DNA from: Actinomycetota bacterium
GTDB lineage: Bacteria > Actinomycetota > UBA4738 > HRBIN12
Direction: 5' to 3'
Assembly: GCA_035640355.1 (NCBI GenBank)
Contig: DASQWI010000007.1
Coordinates: forward strand, 10,166-74,165
DNA length: 64,000 bases
The notes beneath the pieces are model-generated. The model was not told the DNA's origin, did not search any database, and saw only the letters and a list, made by a program, of their open reading frames with translations. Below, one piece after another: positions 41,166 through 50,669 of the stretch (its first letter is position 1; each line of letters begins with the position of its first letter). A program made the translations under genes and the position numbers.

Positions 41166-42317
41166 ATGCCGTTCGACATGAGCCAGGTTCAGCGCGGTGC
41201 CCGGAACCGGCGCACGCCGTACTACGAAGCGACGCAGCGGTACGAACCGATGGGATTCACCGTCTACAACCACATGTATTTCCCGATCCGGTTCGACACG
41301 TTCGAAGCCGAGTTCGACGCGTTGCTGAACGGCGTCACGTTGTGGGACGTGTCGGTCGAGCGGTGCCTGGAGATCTCCGGGCCCGACGGGTTCCGTTTCG
41401 CGCAGCTCCTTACCCCGCGCGATCTGTCGAAGTGCGCGGTCGGTCAGGCGAAGTACGTGTTGATCTGTGACGGCGACGGAGGCCTCGTCAACGATCCGGT
41501 CCTCACGCGCATGGACGAGAACACGTTCTGGTTCGCGCTGGCGTCGTCGGACGCGTTGTTGTTCGCGCGAGGCCTCAAGAACGCCTACCCGGATCTGAAC
41601 GTGACGATCAAGGAGGCCGACGTCGCGCCGCTCCAGGTTCAGGGACCTCGGTCCAAGGATCTGATGGTCAAGCTCCTCGGCGAGGAGATCCTCGAGCTCA
41701 AGTACTACTGGTGGACCGAGGCCAAGATCGCCGGCGCGCCGGTCGTCATCACCCGAACGGGATGGACGTCCGAGGTGGGATACGAGGTCTATCTCACGGA
41801 CACGACGCGCGGCACCGACGTGTACGAGGCGATCATGTCGGCAGGCGAGGAGTTCGACATCAAACCAACGGGTCCATCGGATATCCGGCGCATCGAGGGG
41901 GCCATCTTCAACTGGGGCGCCGACATGACGTACGAGAACAACCCGCTCGAGATGGGACTGGAGCGACTCGTCGCGTGGGATCTGCCCGACGACGCGAGCC
42001 TCTCGCTCCCAGCGCTGCGGCAGATCAGGGACCGAGGCGTCTCCCGCAGGATCAACGGCATCGAGATCGACGGCGACCCCTTCCCCGAGCTCAACAACGT
42101 CAAGTGGCCCGTCACCGACGGCGGTGAGCGCATCGGCAAGGTCACCTCGGCGATCTACTCGCCGCGGCTGGAGCGGAACATCGGGTTCGTGTGGCTGCCG
42201 GCGGACCGCTCCACGCTGGGGACGAGCGTCACGGTCGACACGGAGTGGGGTACCCGGGCGGCCACGGTCGTGGAGATGCCGTTCGTCGACCCGGACAAGC
42301 GCATCCCGGTCTCCTGA
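41166..42317 (+). CDS. GcvT-fold aminomethyltransferase-family protein (THF-dependent demethylase, LigM/DesA/DmdA-like), paralog 1
   Basis: RRTPYYEAT...FTVYNHMYFP...LWDVSVER...GPDGFRFAQLLTPRDL...GQAKY...NDPV folate-binding GCV_T fold. Lacks the FAD domain of oxidase-fused forms. A GAGGAGG RBS precedes the ATG at 41166. Confidence 0.8.
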   Translation: MPFDMSQVQRGARNRRTPYYEATQRYEPMGFTVYNHMYFPIRFDTFEAEFDALLNGVTLWDVSVERCLEISGPDGFRFAQLLTPRDLSKCAVGQAKYVLICDGDGGLVNDPVLTRMDENTFWFALASSDALLFARGLKNAYPDLNVTIKEADVAPLQVQGPRSKDLMVKLLGEEILELKYYWWTEAKIAGAPVVITRTGWTSEVGYEVYLTDTTRGTDVYEAIMSAGEEFDIKPTGPSDIRRIEGAIFNWGADMTYENNPLEMGLERLVAWDLPDDASLSLPALRQIRDRGVSRRINGIEIDGDPFPELNNVKWPVTDGGERIGKVTSAIYSPRLERNIGFVWLPADRSTLGTSVTVDTEWGTRAATVVEMPFVDPDKRIPVS

Positions 42318-42422
42318 GCCGCGCCTTCCCTCGAGCCAGAACGCACGTTGCAGCCGAGCGGCCGTTTGAACGATGATTCAACCCGCCCGCCGCGAGGGCG
42401 GCGGCCGAGGAGCGCGACGGTG

Positions 42423-43604
42423 ATGGCGAACGAACGCCCAGAGATGCTCGAGCAGAGCGCGACGATCTACTTCGGGCCGTGGTACAGACGCTCGCCGTAC
42501 TTCGAGGCGACCCGCCGGGCCGGGTGCACCGCATACGACGTGTACAACCACATGCTGCTGCCGGCGTACTTCGACGACCCAGTCACCGAGTACTGGGCCC
42601 TCCTCAACGACGTCACGGTATGGGACGTCGCCGTGGAACGCACCGTGGAGATCTCCGGCAAGGACGCCGACCGATTCGTCGACATGCTCACGTGCCGCGA
42701 CCTGACGAAGTGCGCGGTGAAGCAGGGCAAGTACATGATCGTCACGGCGCCGGACGGCGGCATCGTGAACGATCCCGTGCTGCTCCACGTCGGCGACAAC
42801 CGCTGGTGGATGCAGCTCGCCGACTCGGACGCCGGTCTGTACGCGCTCGGCGTGGCCACGCAGGCGAACGTGGACGTGGACGTCTCGTACCCGCACGCGT
42901 ACCCGATGCAGGTGCAGGGCGCCAAGGCGGCGAAGGTACTCGAGAAGCTCGTGGGCGCGGCGATCTACGACCTGAAGTACTACTGGTGCGACTGGTTCGA
43001 CATCAAGGACATCCCCGTTCTGATCAGCCGAACGGGATGGACGGCGGTGCGGGGGTTCGAGATCAACCTGCTCGACCCCGACCGCGGCGACGACCTGTGG
43101 AACGCGGTCTTCGAGGCGGGCGACGAGCTCGGCATCCGGGCGGTTGCACCGGTCGAGGCTCGTCGCATCGAGGCCGGGATCATGAACTACAACTCCGACA
43201 TGACGCACGAGGACACGCCTCTGCACATCATGGGACTCGAGCACCTCGTCGAGGACCAGCCGCAGGACTACATCGGCAAACGAGCGCTCGAGGACCTCAA
43301 GGCCCGCGGCGTCGACCGCAAGCTCGTGGGGATCGAATGGGAAGGCAACGAGCTGCCCGCCGAGCTGTCGTGGTTCTGGCCCGTCGTTCGAAACGGCGAG
43401 CGGGTGGGGAGGGTCACCGACGCGATCTGGTCTCCACGGCTCGAGAGGAACATCGGATACGCCTGGGTCCCGATCGATCTGGCCGGACCGGGGAACGCCC
43501 TCCAGGTGGAGTCGGAGCACGGACCCCTCACCGTCATGACGACGGCGATCCCCTTCGTCGACGCGCGGAAGGAGGTGCCGGCGAGCGACCTGCGGGCCAG
43601 CTGA
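42423..43604 (+). CDS. GcvT-fold aminomethyltransferase-family protein (THF-dependent demethylase-like), paralog 2
   Basis: Same motif set as the preceding gene (RRSPYFEAT...YDVYNHMLLP...VWDVAVERTVEISGKDADRFVDMLTCRDL). It is a clear tandem paralog, with roughly 45-50% identity by eye. Confidence 0.8.
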   Translation: MANERPEMLEQSATIYFGPWYRRSPYFEATRRAGCTAYDVYNHMLLPAYFDDPVTEYWALLNDVTVWDVAVERTVEISGKDADRFVDMLTCRDLTKCAVKQGKYMIVTAPDGGIVNDPVLLHVGDNRWWMQLADSDAGLYALGVATQANVDVDVSYPHAYPMQVQGAKAAKVLEKLVGAAIYDLKYYWCDWFDIKDIPVLISRTGWTAVRGFEINLLDPDRGDDLWNAVFEAGDELGIRAVAPVEARRIEAGIMNYNSDMTHEDTPLHIMGLEHLVEDQPQDYIGKRALEDLKARGVDRKLVGIEWEGNELPAELSWFWPVVRNGERVGRVTDAIWSPRLERNIGYAWVPIDLAGPGNALQVESEHGPLTVMTTAIPFVDARKEVPASDLRAS

Positions 43605-43630
43605 ACGTCCCGCGTCGCGCCCCGGCCCGT

Positions 43631-44074
43631 ATGGCTCGCACGCTCGACCGAAGGCCCCCGCCCACCGTTCCGCCGCCGCGCGGGTTCCGCAGGGCGATCG
43701 TCCTTGTCGAACGCGCCATCAAGGAGGCCGTGTGGGACTGCCGGATGTGTGGGCAGTGCATCCTTCACTCCACCGGCCTCGTCTGCCCGATGCGGTGTCC
43801 GAAGAACCTGCGGAACGGCCCGTGCGGCGGCACCCTCCAGGACGGTCACTGCGAGGTCGTTCCCGACATGAAGTGCGTGTGGGTGTCCGCGTGGGAGGGC
43901 TCGCGGACGCTGCCGCTGTGGCGCGACCATATCGAGCGCGTTGAGCCACCGGTCGACTGGCGACTGCAGGAGACGTCGTCGTGGGAGAACCTGCTGACGC
44001 GGCGTGACCAGCACGTGCCGGCGGCGTGGGACCCGGCGAGACGACAGCCGGCGAGCACGAAGCGCGAGCGATGA
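43631..44074 (+). CDS. MTHFR C-terminal-domain-like zinc-ribbon protein (MetV-like partner of MetF)
   Basis: 147 aa Cys-rich protein (CRMCGQCILHSTGLVCPMRCPKNLRNGPCGG...C) resembling the MTHFR_C / MetV small subunit. The stop overlaps the metF-like start (ATGA). Confidence 0.55.
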   Translation: MARTLDRRPPPTVPPPRGFRRAIVLVERAIKEAVWDCRMCGQCILHSTGLVCPMRCPKNLRNGPCGGTLQDGHCEVVPDMKCVWVSAWEGSRTLPLWRDHIERVEPPVDWRLQETSSWENLLTRRDQHVPAAWDPARRQPASTKRER

Positions 44075-45024
44075 GCGCCGCTCCGTCGGCGCGGAGCGAC
44101 CTCCACCGCTTGCTCCTTAGCCGCGAGTTCGTGGTGACGGCGGAGCTCCAGGCCACTGACTCGGCCGACCCCCGATCGGTCGCGGAGCTCGCCGATGTCT
44201 TTCGGGGGAAGGTGGACGCCGTCAACGCCACCGACAACAGCTCGGCGCACCCGCATCTCTCGCCGATGGCGGCCGCGCACCTGCTCTCCGACGCCGGGAT
44301 CGAACCGATCATGCAGTTCGTATGCCGAGACCGGAACCGGCTTGCGCTGCAGGCCGACATGCTCGGCGCAGCTACGCTCGGCGTTCGGAACGTCTTGTGC
44401 ATGACCGGCGATGACGTGAGCGTCGGAGATCATCCCGAGGCGAAGCCGATCTACGACATCGACTCGATCCACCTGCTCCGGATCGCCCGTGTGCTGCGCG
44501 ACGAGGGCAGGTACGTGTCGGGACGGCAGCTGACGCAGCCGCCGGAGTTCCTCATCGGAGCCGTCGAGAACCCGTTCGCACCCCCGCTGGACTTCCGGCC
44601 GATGCGCCTGGGGAAGAAGATCCAAGCCGGCGCCGAGTTCGTCCAGACTCAGATCTGCTTCAACCTGTCGAAGATGCGTTTGTTCATGGCTCGATGTGCG
44701 GATCTCGGCCTGCTGGAGCACGCCTGGGTGCTCGCCGGAGTGTTCGTGCCGCGGTCGGCCAAGGCCGTCCGGTACCTGCGCGACCAGGTCCCGGGGATCG
44801 ACGTTCCCGATGAGGTCGTCGACCGTCTCGACTCGGTCCCGCCGGATCGGCAACGGGACGAAGGCATCGGACTCGCGCTCGACATCGTCGAGCAGGTTCG
44901 CGCGATCCCCGGCGTAAGCGGCCTGCACCTGATGACGATCCGGAACGAGGAGGCGATCGTCGAGGTCATCGAGCGCGCCGGGCTGCTTCCCCGGCCGAGC
45001 TCCGTTCCGCAGGCCGTCGGCTGA
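44071..45024 (+). CDS. metF: Methylenetetrahydrofolate reductase family protein (acetogen/MetF-type, paired with a MetV-like gene)
   Basis: TIM-barrel MTHFR motifs (VTAELQATDSADP...VNATDNSSAHPHLSPMAAAHLL...FVCRDRNRLALQADMLGAATLGVRNVLCMTGDD). The ATG at 44071 overlaps the upstream stop. Confidence 0.8.
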   Translation: MSAAPSARSDLHRLLLSREFVVTAELQATDSADPRSVAELADVFRGKVDAVNATDNSSAHPHLSPMAAAHLLSDAGIEPIMQFVCRDRNRLALQADMLGAATLGVRNVLCMTGDDVSVGDHPEAKPIYDIDSIHLLRIARVLRDEGRYVSGRQLTQPPEFLIGAVENPFAPPLDFRPMRLGKKIQAGAEFVQTQICFNLSKMRLFMARCADLGLLEHAWVLAGVFVPRSAKAVRYLRDQVPGIDVPDEVVDRLDSVPPDRQRDEGIGLALDIVEQVRAIPGVSGLHLMTIRNEEAIVEVIERAGLLPRPSSVPQAVG

Positions 45025-45135
45025 GCGCCCGCGCTCGATGCCTTGTGGATCTCGGACACTCTTCCGTGTGTTCGCGAACGTTCCCGGAGGGCGTGTCGAA
45101 CGCCCTGTGAACCGAAGAAACTGGAGAACAAGCCC

Positions 45136-46221
45136 ATGACCAAGCCAATGAACAGGTTCCTCGTCTCGTCAATCGCGTCGGTCGCGCTGCTCCTCGCGGC
45201 GTGCACGTCGAGCACCACGGATGCGGACAACGCCCAGGCCCGAGAACTGCCCACGAGTGCACCCATCCCCACGAGCCGCGGCACGGTGGCCGACGTCGTC
45301 GACCAGGTCCTCCCGTCGGTCGTGAACGTCAAGAGAGACGGCGGACAGGGGACGGGGTTCGTCGTGCGCGAGGACGGCGTGATCGTGACGAACTTCCATG
45401 TCGTCGAGGGTGCGTCCCGGCTCAGAGTCTTCACCTCGGACGAGCAGCCCCAAGAGTTCGACGCGAGGGTGATCGGCGGCGACATACAAGCAGACCTGGC
45501 CGTGCTCGACGTCGACGCCAAGGGGCTGCCGGCGGTTCCGCTCGGTGACTCGGGCGAGCTGCGGCTCGGTCAGCAGGTCGTGGCACTCGGGTATGCGCTG
45601 GGACTAGAGGGAGGGCCGTCGGTGACGTCCGGCATCGTGTCGTCACTCACCCGGAGGATCAGCGTTCGCGATCCCGGTTGCCCGCTCGAGGAGTGCGGCT
45701 CGGATCAGGAGCGCGTGTACACGGACGTGATCCAGACCGACGCCGCCATCAATCCGGGCAACTCGGGCGGTCCGCTGGTCGACATGGCGGGCAACGTCGT
45801 CGGCATCAACACTGCCGGCACGAGCGCCGCCGAGAACATCGGGTTCGCCATCCAGATCAGCTCCGTCACGCCGACGATCACGCAGGCCGCCGAGGAGCCC
45901 GGTGCGCCCGTCGCGTTCATGGGGATCGGTTCCATCGACGCGTCCGATCCGGAATTTCAGTTCACAACCGGAACCTCTGTCGAGGAGGGCGCTGGCATCG
46001 TCAATGTCGTCCCGGGCGGCCCGGCGGAGGACGCCGGCGTCGAAGAAGGAGACGTCGTCGTCACATTCGATGGCGAGGCGATCCCGGACTCCGCGGCGCT
46101 CGGCGAAGCGATCCGGTCGCACGAACCGGGAGACACTGTTGAATTCGAGGTGGTTCGTCCCACCGGTGAGCGGGTGACGCTCTCCGTCGAGCTCGGCGTG
46201 AATCCCGCTGCCATCGCTTGA
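45136..46221 (+). CDS. htrA: HtrA/DegP-family trypsin-like serine protease with a C-terminal PDZ domain (lipoprotein)
   Basis: Lipobox LLLAAC. Catalytic-triad context (TNFHVVEG, ADLAVLDV, GNSGGPLVD) and a PDZ region at the C-terminus. Confidence 0.85.
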   Translation: MTKPMNRFLVSSIASVALLLAACTSSTTDADNAQARELPTSAPIPTSRGTVADVVDQVLPSVVNVKRDGGQGTGFVVREDGVIVTNFHVVEGASRLRVFTSDEQPQEFDARVIGGDIQADLAVLDVDAKGLPAVPLGDSGELRLGQQVVALGYALGLEGGPSVTSGIVSSLTRRISVRDPGCPLEECGSDQERVYTDVIQTDAAINPGNSGGPLVDMAGNVVGINTAGTSAAENIGFAIQISSVTPTITQAAEEPGAPVAFMGIGSIDASDPEFQFTTGTSVEEGAGIVNVVPGGPAEDAGVEEGDVVVTFDGEAIPDSAALGEAIRSHEPGDTVEFEVVRPTGERVTLSVELGVNPAAIA

Positions 46222-46256
46222 GCGGTTGCGTCTTCGGCGTGCGCTAGCCTGATTTC

Positions 46257-47045
46257 GTGAGCACGCCGTTCGAACCGGGCGAACGCATCCTGCTCGTTGA
46301 CCAGCGCGGGCGGCGGTACCTCGTGCGCCTCCGCGGCGGAGAGACGTGGCACTCCCACGGCGGTGGCGTGCCGCACGATCTGCTCATCGGGGCCGATGAG
46401 GGAACCGTCGTCCGCTCGGCGACCGGCATGTCGTTCCACGCGTTCCGCCCACGGATGGCCGACTTCGTTCTGAAGATGCCGCGCGGGGCGCAGGTCGTGT
46501 ATCCGAAGGACGTCGGCGCGATCCTCGTTGAGGCCGACATCGTCCCGGGTGCCGAAGTGCTCGAGGCCGGGACGGGATCGGGGGCGCTCACGATGGCGCT
46601 GTGCAGGGCCGCCGGTCCCGAGGGGCGCGTCGTCTCCTACGAGCTTCGTCCGGAGTTCCAAGCGAAGGCGTCCGAGAACATCGAGGCCTACCTGGGCAAG
46701 CTGCCGGCGTGGCTCGAGCTTCGCGCTGGAGACGTCCGCGACGTCGCTACGACCGGCGAGCGATTCGACCGGGTGATCCTCGATCTCCCCGAGCCGTGGG
46801 GAGTCCTGGAGGCGCTGGTAACGGCCCTTCCGTCCGGCGGCATCATCTGCGCGTATGTCCCGACCACCGGACAGGTCCAGGAGTTCGTCATGGCTCTCGA
46901 CGAACGGGGATATGAGCACCTCGAGACGTTCGAGGTGCTGCTTCGCTCTTGGCACGTCACCGAACGAAGCGTCCGGCCGGAACAGCGGATGATCGGACAC
47001 ACCGGCTTCATCACCGTCGCTCGGCGGGGAATCGATGCCGGATGA
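46257..47045 (+). CDS. trmI: tRNA (adenine58-N1)-methyltransferase TrmI (GCD14 family)
   Basis: SAM-binding EAGTGSGALTMAL motif. Its position immediately upstream of arc/mpa matches the conserved actinobacterial arrangement. Confidence 0.85.
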   Translation: MSTPFEPGERILLVDQRGRRYLVRLRGGETWHSHGGGVPHDLLIGADEGTVVRSATGMSFHAFRPRMADFVLKMPRGAQVVYPKDVGAILVEADIVPGAEVLEAGTGSGALTMALCRAAGPEGRVVSYELRPEFQAKASENIEAYLGKLPAWLELRAGDVRDVATTGERFDRVILDLPEPWGVLEALVTALPSGGIICAYVPTTGQVQEFVMALDERGYEHLETFEVLLRSWHVTERSVRPEQRMIGHTGFITVARRGIDAG

Positions 47046-47171
47046 GCCGAGTCTCATCTCAGGTCAACCCGGAAACGTGCCGAAGACCGTATCGATCGGT
47101 CGGAAGACCTCCGGCACGCTCATCGGCCGACGAGGGGACCGCGGGTATGCTCGGGAAACGCGGGAGGTGAC

Positions 47172-48926
47172 GTGATGCGCGAGCCCGATCCACGCGAAGA
47201 GCAGGAACGGGCGGAGAAGCAGATCCACGAGTTGCAGACGCAGGTCCGCTTCCTCGAGGACGAGATCGCGCTCCTTCGCCGCCGCCTCACGAACGCTCCT
47301 CGTCAGGTCAAGATCCTGGAGGAGAAGCTCCTCGAGGCCAAATCCGATCTCTCTCGCGCGCTCGTGCAGAACGAGAAGCTCACGTCGACGCTCACCTCGG
47401 AGAAGGAACGCATCGAGGGCCTCCGTGAGGAGGTCGAGAAGCTCAGCCGACCGCCCGCCTCGTTCGGCGTGTTCCTGGTCGCCAACGACGACGACTCGGT
47501 GGACGTGTTCACCGCGGGTCGCAAGATGCGGGTGAACGTTTCGCCCGAGGTCGACCGGGCCGCGCTGCACAAGGGCGCAGAGGTGATCCTCAACGAGGCA
47601 CTGAACGTCGTCGAGGTGCTCGAACCGGACCGTGCCGGCGAGGTCGTGAAGGTGAAGGACCGCCTGGGCGACGACCGCGTGGTGGTGATCGGCCGCGGCG
47701 ACGAGGAGCTCGTGGCGACACTCTCGGCCGGCCTGCTGAGAGAACCGATCCGCGCTGGCGATCCGCTTTTGATCGACCCGCGATCCAACGTCGCGCTGGA
47801 GAAGCTCCCCAAGGAAGAGGTCGAGGAGCTGGTCCTTGAGGAGGTGCCGGACGTCTCCTACGACGACATCGGCGGCCTGGAGGGACAGATCGAGGCGATC
47901 CGCGACGCGGTCGAGCTCCCGTTCCTGTACGCGGAGCTGTTCGCAGAGCACGAGCTCGAGCCGCCGAAGGGCGTCCTGCTGTACGGCCCCCCTGGTTGCG
48001 GGAAGACGCTGATCGCCAAGGCCGTCGCCAAGTCGCTCGCCGACAAGGTTCGCGAGCGCACCGGACGTCAGGACGCACACTCGTACTTCCTGAACATCAA
48101 GGGGCCCGAGCTGTTGAACAAGTACGTCGGGGAGACCGAGCGACAGATCCGGCAGATCTTCCAGCGCGCGAAGGAGCGGAGCGAGGAAGGGCTACCGGTC
48201 ATCGTCTTCTTCGACGAGATGGACTCCATCTTCCGGACGCGCGGTTCGGGCATCTCGAGCGACGTCGAGTCGACGATCGTGCCGCAGCTGCTCTCGGAGC
48301 TCGACGGCGTCGAAACGCTGAAGAACGTCATCGTGATCGGGGCCTCGAACCGCGAGGACCTCATCGACCCGGCGATCCTCCGGCCCGGTCGCCTGGACGT
48401 GAAGATCAAGATCGAGCGCCCCGACGTGAACCAGGCGCACGACATCATGCGCAAGTACCTGAACCCGAAGGTTCCGATCCATCCCGACGAGATCGACAAG
48501 TCCGGTCGCGACGTCTCCGCGGCGACGAGCAAGATGATCCAGCAGACCGTCGATCGGATGTACTCCGAGAACCAGGAGAACCGCTTCCTCGAGGTGACGT
48601 ACGCGAGCGGCGACAAGGAGATCCTGTATTTCAAGGACTTCAACTCCGGCGCGATGATCGAGAACATCGTGCGTCGCGCGAAGAAGGAGGCGATCAAGCG
48701 CTTCCTGTCGACGGGGGAGAAGGGCATCAAGAGCGAGGACCTCGCGCACGCCATCCGAGACGAGTTCAAGGAGAACGAGGACCTGCCGAACACGACCAAC
48801 CCGGACGACTGGGCCCGGATCTCGGGCAAGAAGGGCGAGCGCATCGTGTACGTGCGCACGCTGCTCGGCGACGGGGCGGGTGAGGGACGGCAGGTCGAAC
48901 GCGTCAGCGCCGGTCAGTACCTGTAG
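47172..48926 (+). CDS. arc: Proteasome-associated AAA+ ATPase ARC/Mpa
   Basis: N-terminal coiled coil, OB domains, Walker A (GPPGCGKT), and the C-terminal GQYL proteasome-docking motif (...SAGQYL*). Confidence 0.95.
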   Translation: MMREPDPREEQERAEKQIHELQTQVRFLEDEIALLRRRLTNAPRQVKILEEKLLEAKSDLSRALVQNEKLTSTLTSEKERIEGLREEVEKLSRPPASFGVFLVANDDDSVDVFTAGRKMRVNVSPEVDRAALHKGAEVILNEALNVVEVLEPDRAGEVVKVKDRLGDDRVVVIGRGDEELVATLSAGLLREPIRAGDPLLIDPRSNVALEKLPKEEVEELVLEEVPDVSYDDIGGLEGQIEAIRDAVELPFLYAELFAEHELEPPKGVLLYGPPGCGKTLIAKAVAKSLADKVRERTGRQDAHSYFLNIKGPELLNKYVGETERQIRQIFQRAKERSEEGLPVIVFFDEMDSIFRTRGSGISSDVESTIVPQLLSELDGVETLKNVIVIGASNREDLIDPAILRPGRLDVKIKIERPDVNQAHDIMRKYLNPKVPIHPDEIDKSGRDVSAATSKMIQQTVDRMYSENQENRFLEVTYASGDKEILYFKDFNSGAMIENIVRRAKKEAIKRFLSTGEKGIKSEDLAHAIRDEFKENEDLPNTTNPDDWARISGKKGERIVYVRTLLGDGAGEGRQVERVSAGQYL

Positions 48927-48935
48927 GCTTCGCCG

Positions 48936-50420
48936 GTGGCCATCCCCAAGGTCGTTGGTACCGAGACCGAGTACGGCATCTCGGCGATCGGCGCACCTGA
49001 GTTCAATCCCGTCATCTCGAGCTCGCTGCTGATCAGCACGTACGCCGGAGCGTTGCGACGCATCCGCTGGGACTACGAGCAGGAGTCACCGCTCAGAGAC
49101 GCGCGCGGGTTCGAGCCCGTTCAGGTACGTGAGCCGTCGGAGGAGGATCTCGGGCTCGCAAACGTGATCCTTCCCAACGGCGCGCGCTACTACGTGGACC
49201 ACGCGCACCCGGAGTACTCGACGCCCGAGTGTGCCACGCCGCGTGAACTGGTGATCCACGACAAGGCCGGCGAGCGCGTGCTTGAGCGCTCGATGCTCGA
49301 GCTGGAGCGTGCCGTGCCGACGGGCCAGCGCATCGCCGTCTACAAGAACAACAGCGACGGCAAGGGAAACTCATACGGCACGCATGAGAACTACCTGGTG
49401 GACAGGGCGGTGCCGTTCGGGAACATCGTGCGGGACCTGACACCGTTCTTCGTGTCCCGGCAGATCTTCTGCGGCGCCGGCAAGCTCGGCGCCGAGGCGC
49501 CGTGGGACGACCGGAACCGACACCGGTACCAGATCAGCCAGCGCGCGGACTTCTTCGAGGCGGAGGTTGGTCTGGAGACGACGCTCAAGCGTCCGATCAT
49601 CAACACCCGCGACGAACCGCATGCCGACCCGGACAAGTATAGGAGGCTCCACGTCATCGTCGGCGACGCGAACCTGTGTGAAGTGGCGATCCTGCTCAAG
49701 GTGGGGACCACATCGCTCGTGCTGAAGATGATCGAGGACGAGTACCTGCCGGATCTCACCGTGGCGAACGCGGTGGCGTCGCTGCACGAGGTCTCGCGGG
49801 ATCTCGCCGGCCGGGGAATGGTCCGGCTCGCGGACGGGCGGAGGCTCACGGCGGTCCAACTGCAGTGGGAGTTCCTGGAGCGGGCCAAGAAGTACGTGGA
49901 GCAGGAGGACCCGACCTCCGACAACCAGGAGGTCGTGGAGCGGTGGGAGTCGGTGCTCACGGCGCTCGAGGACGACCCGATGCAGTTACACCGGGAGCTC
50001 GACTGGGTGGCCAAGTACAGGCTGCTCGAGGGATACCGCGAGCGCGACGGGCTCGACTGGAGCGACCACAAGCTCAGGCTCATCGACCTGCAGTACCACG
50101 ACGTCCGACGGGAACGCGGCTTGTACCACCGGCTGGTGGCGACCGGAAAGGTCGAGCGCATCGTCAGCGACCACGAGATCGAGCGCGCGGTCATGGAGCC
50201 GCCTGAGGACACGCGAGCGTACTTCCGAGGGAGATGCATCTCGCGGTACCCGGACGCGATCGCCGCCGCGAGCTGGGACTCGGTGATCTTCGACACCGGG
50301 CGGGAAGCGTTGCAGCGCGTTCCAATGCGCGAGCCCCTCAGGGGAACGAGGGCACACGTCGAGGAGCTGCTCGAGCAGTCGCCCGACCCGGCGACGCTCG
50401 TCGACCTTCTCAAGTCGTAG
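48936..50420 (+). CDS. dop: Pup deamidase/depupylase Dop
   Basis: 494 aa and a PafA homolog (GTETEYGIS). It carries the Dop-specific insertion and sits in the dop position between arc and pup. Confidence 0.9.
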   Translation: MAIPKVVGTETEYGISAIGAPEFNPVISSSLLISTYAGALRRIRWDYEQESPLRDARGFEPVQVREPSEEDLGLANVILPNGARYYVDHAHPEYSTPECATPRELVIHDKAGERVLERSMLELERAVPTGQRIAVYKNNSDGKGNSYGTHENYLVDRAVPFGNIVRDLTPFFVSRQIFCGAGKLGAEAPWDDRNRHRYQISQRADFFEAEVGLETTLKRPIINTRDEPHADPDKYRRLHVIVGDANLCEVAILLKVGTTSLVLKMIEDEYLPDLTVANAVASLHEVSRDLAGRGMVRLADGRRLTAVQLQWEFLERAKKYVEQEDPTSDNQEVVERWESVLTALEDDPMQLHRELDWVAKYRLLEGYRERDGLDWSDHKLRLIDLQYHDVRRERGLYHRLVATGKVERIVSDHEIERAVMEPPEDTRAYFRGRCISRYPDAIAAASWDSVIFDTGREALQRVPMREPLRGTRAHVEELLEQSPDPATLVDLLKS

Positions 50421-50465
50421 CGTCGCCCACGGGTAGAATCGCTGCCTCGACAGGAGGATTGAAGC

Positions 50466-50669
50466 GTGCCGCAAGAGCAGGAGCAGAAGAGGACGCAACG
50501 TCGCGACGGTGGCGGCGAGGGCGACGAGGCCGCGGGCCAGGTCGAGCAGGCCTCCAGGACCGAGAAGCTGAAAGAGGAGATGGACGAGATCCTCGACGAG
50601 ATCGACTCGGTCCTCGAGGAGAATGCCGAGGAGTTCGTGAAGTCCTACGTCCAGAAGGGCGGGGAGTGA
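50466..50669 (+). CDS. pup: Prokaryotic ubiquitin-like protein Pup, ending in GGE
   Basis: 67 aa and acidic, with the C-terminal ...QKGGE* motif. The GTG start has an AGGAGGA RBS. The stop overlaps the prcB start (GTGA). Confidence 0.9.
   Translation: MPQEQEQKRTQRRDGGGEGDEAAGQVEQASRTEKLKEEMDEILDEIDSVLEENAEEFVKSYVQKGGE

Noticed and set aside
42479-44074. 531-aa track ORF spanning the second GcvT paralog and the MetV-like gene
   Set aside because: For most of its length it is an alternative frame across the GcvT paralog (Arg/Gly-rich nonsense). Only the last about 147 codons (from the ATG at 43631) look like a real Cys-rich protein.
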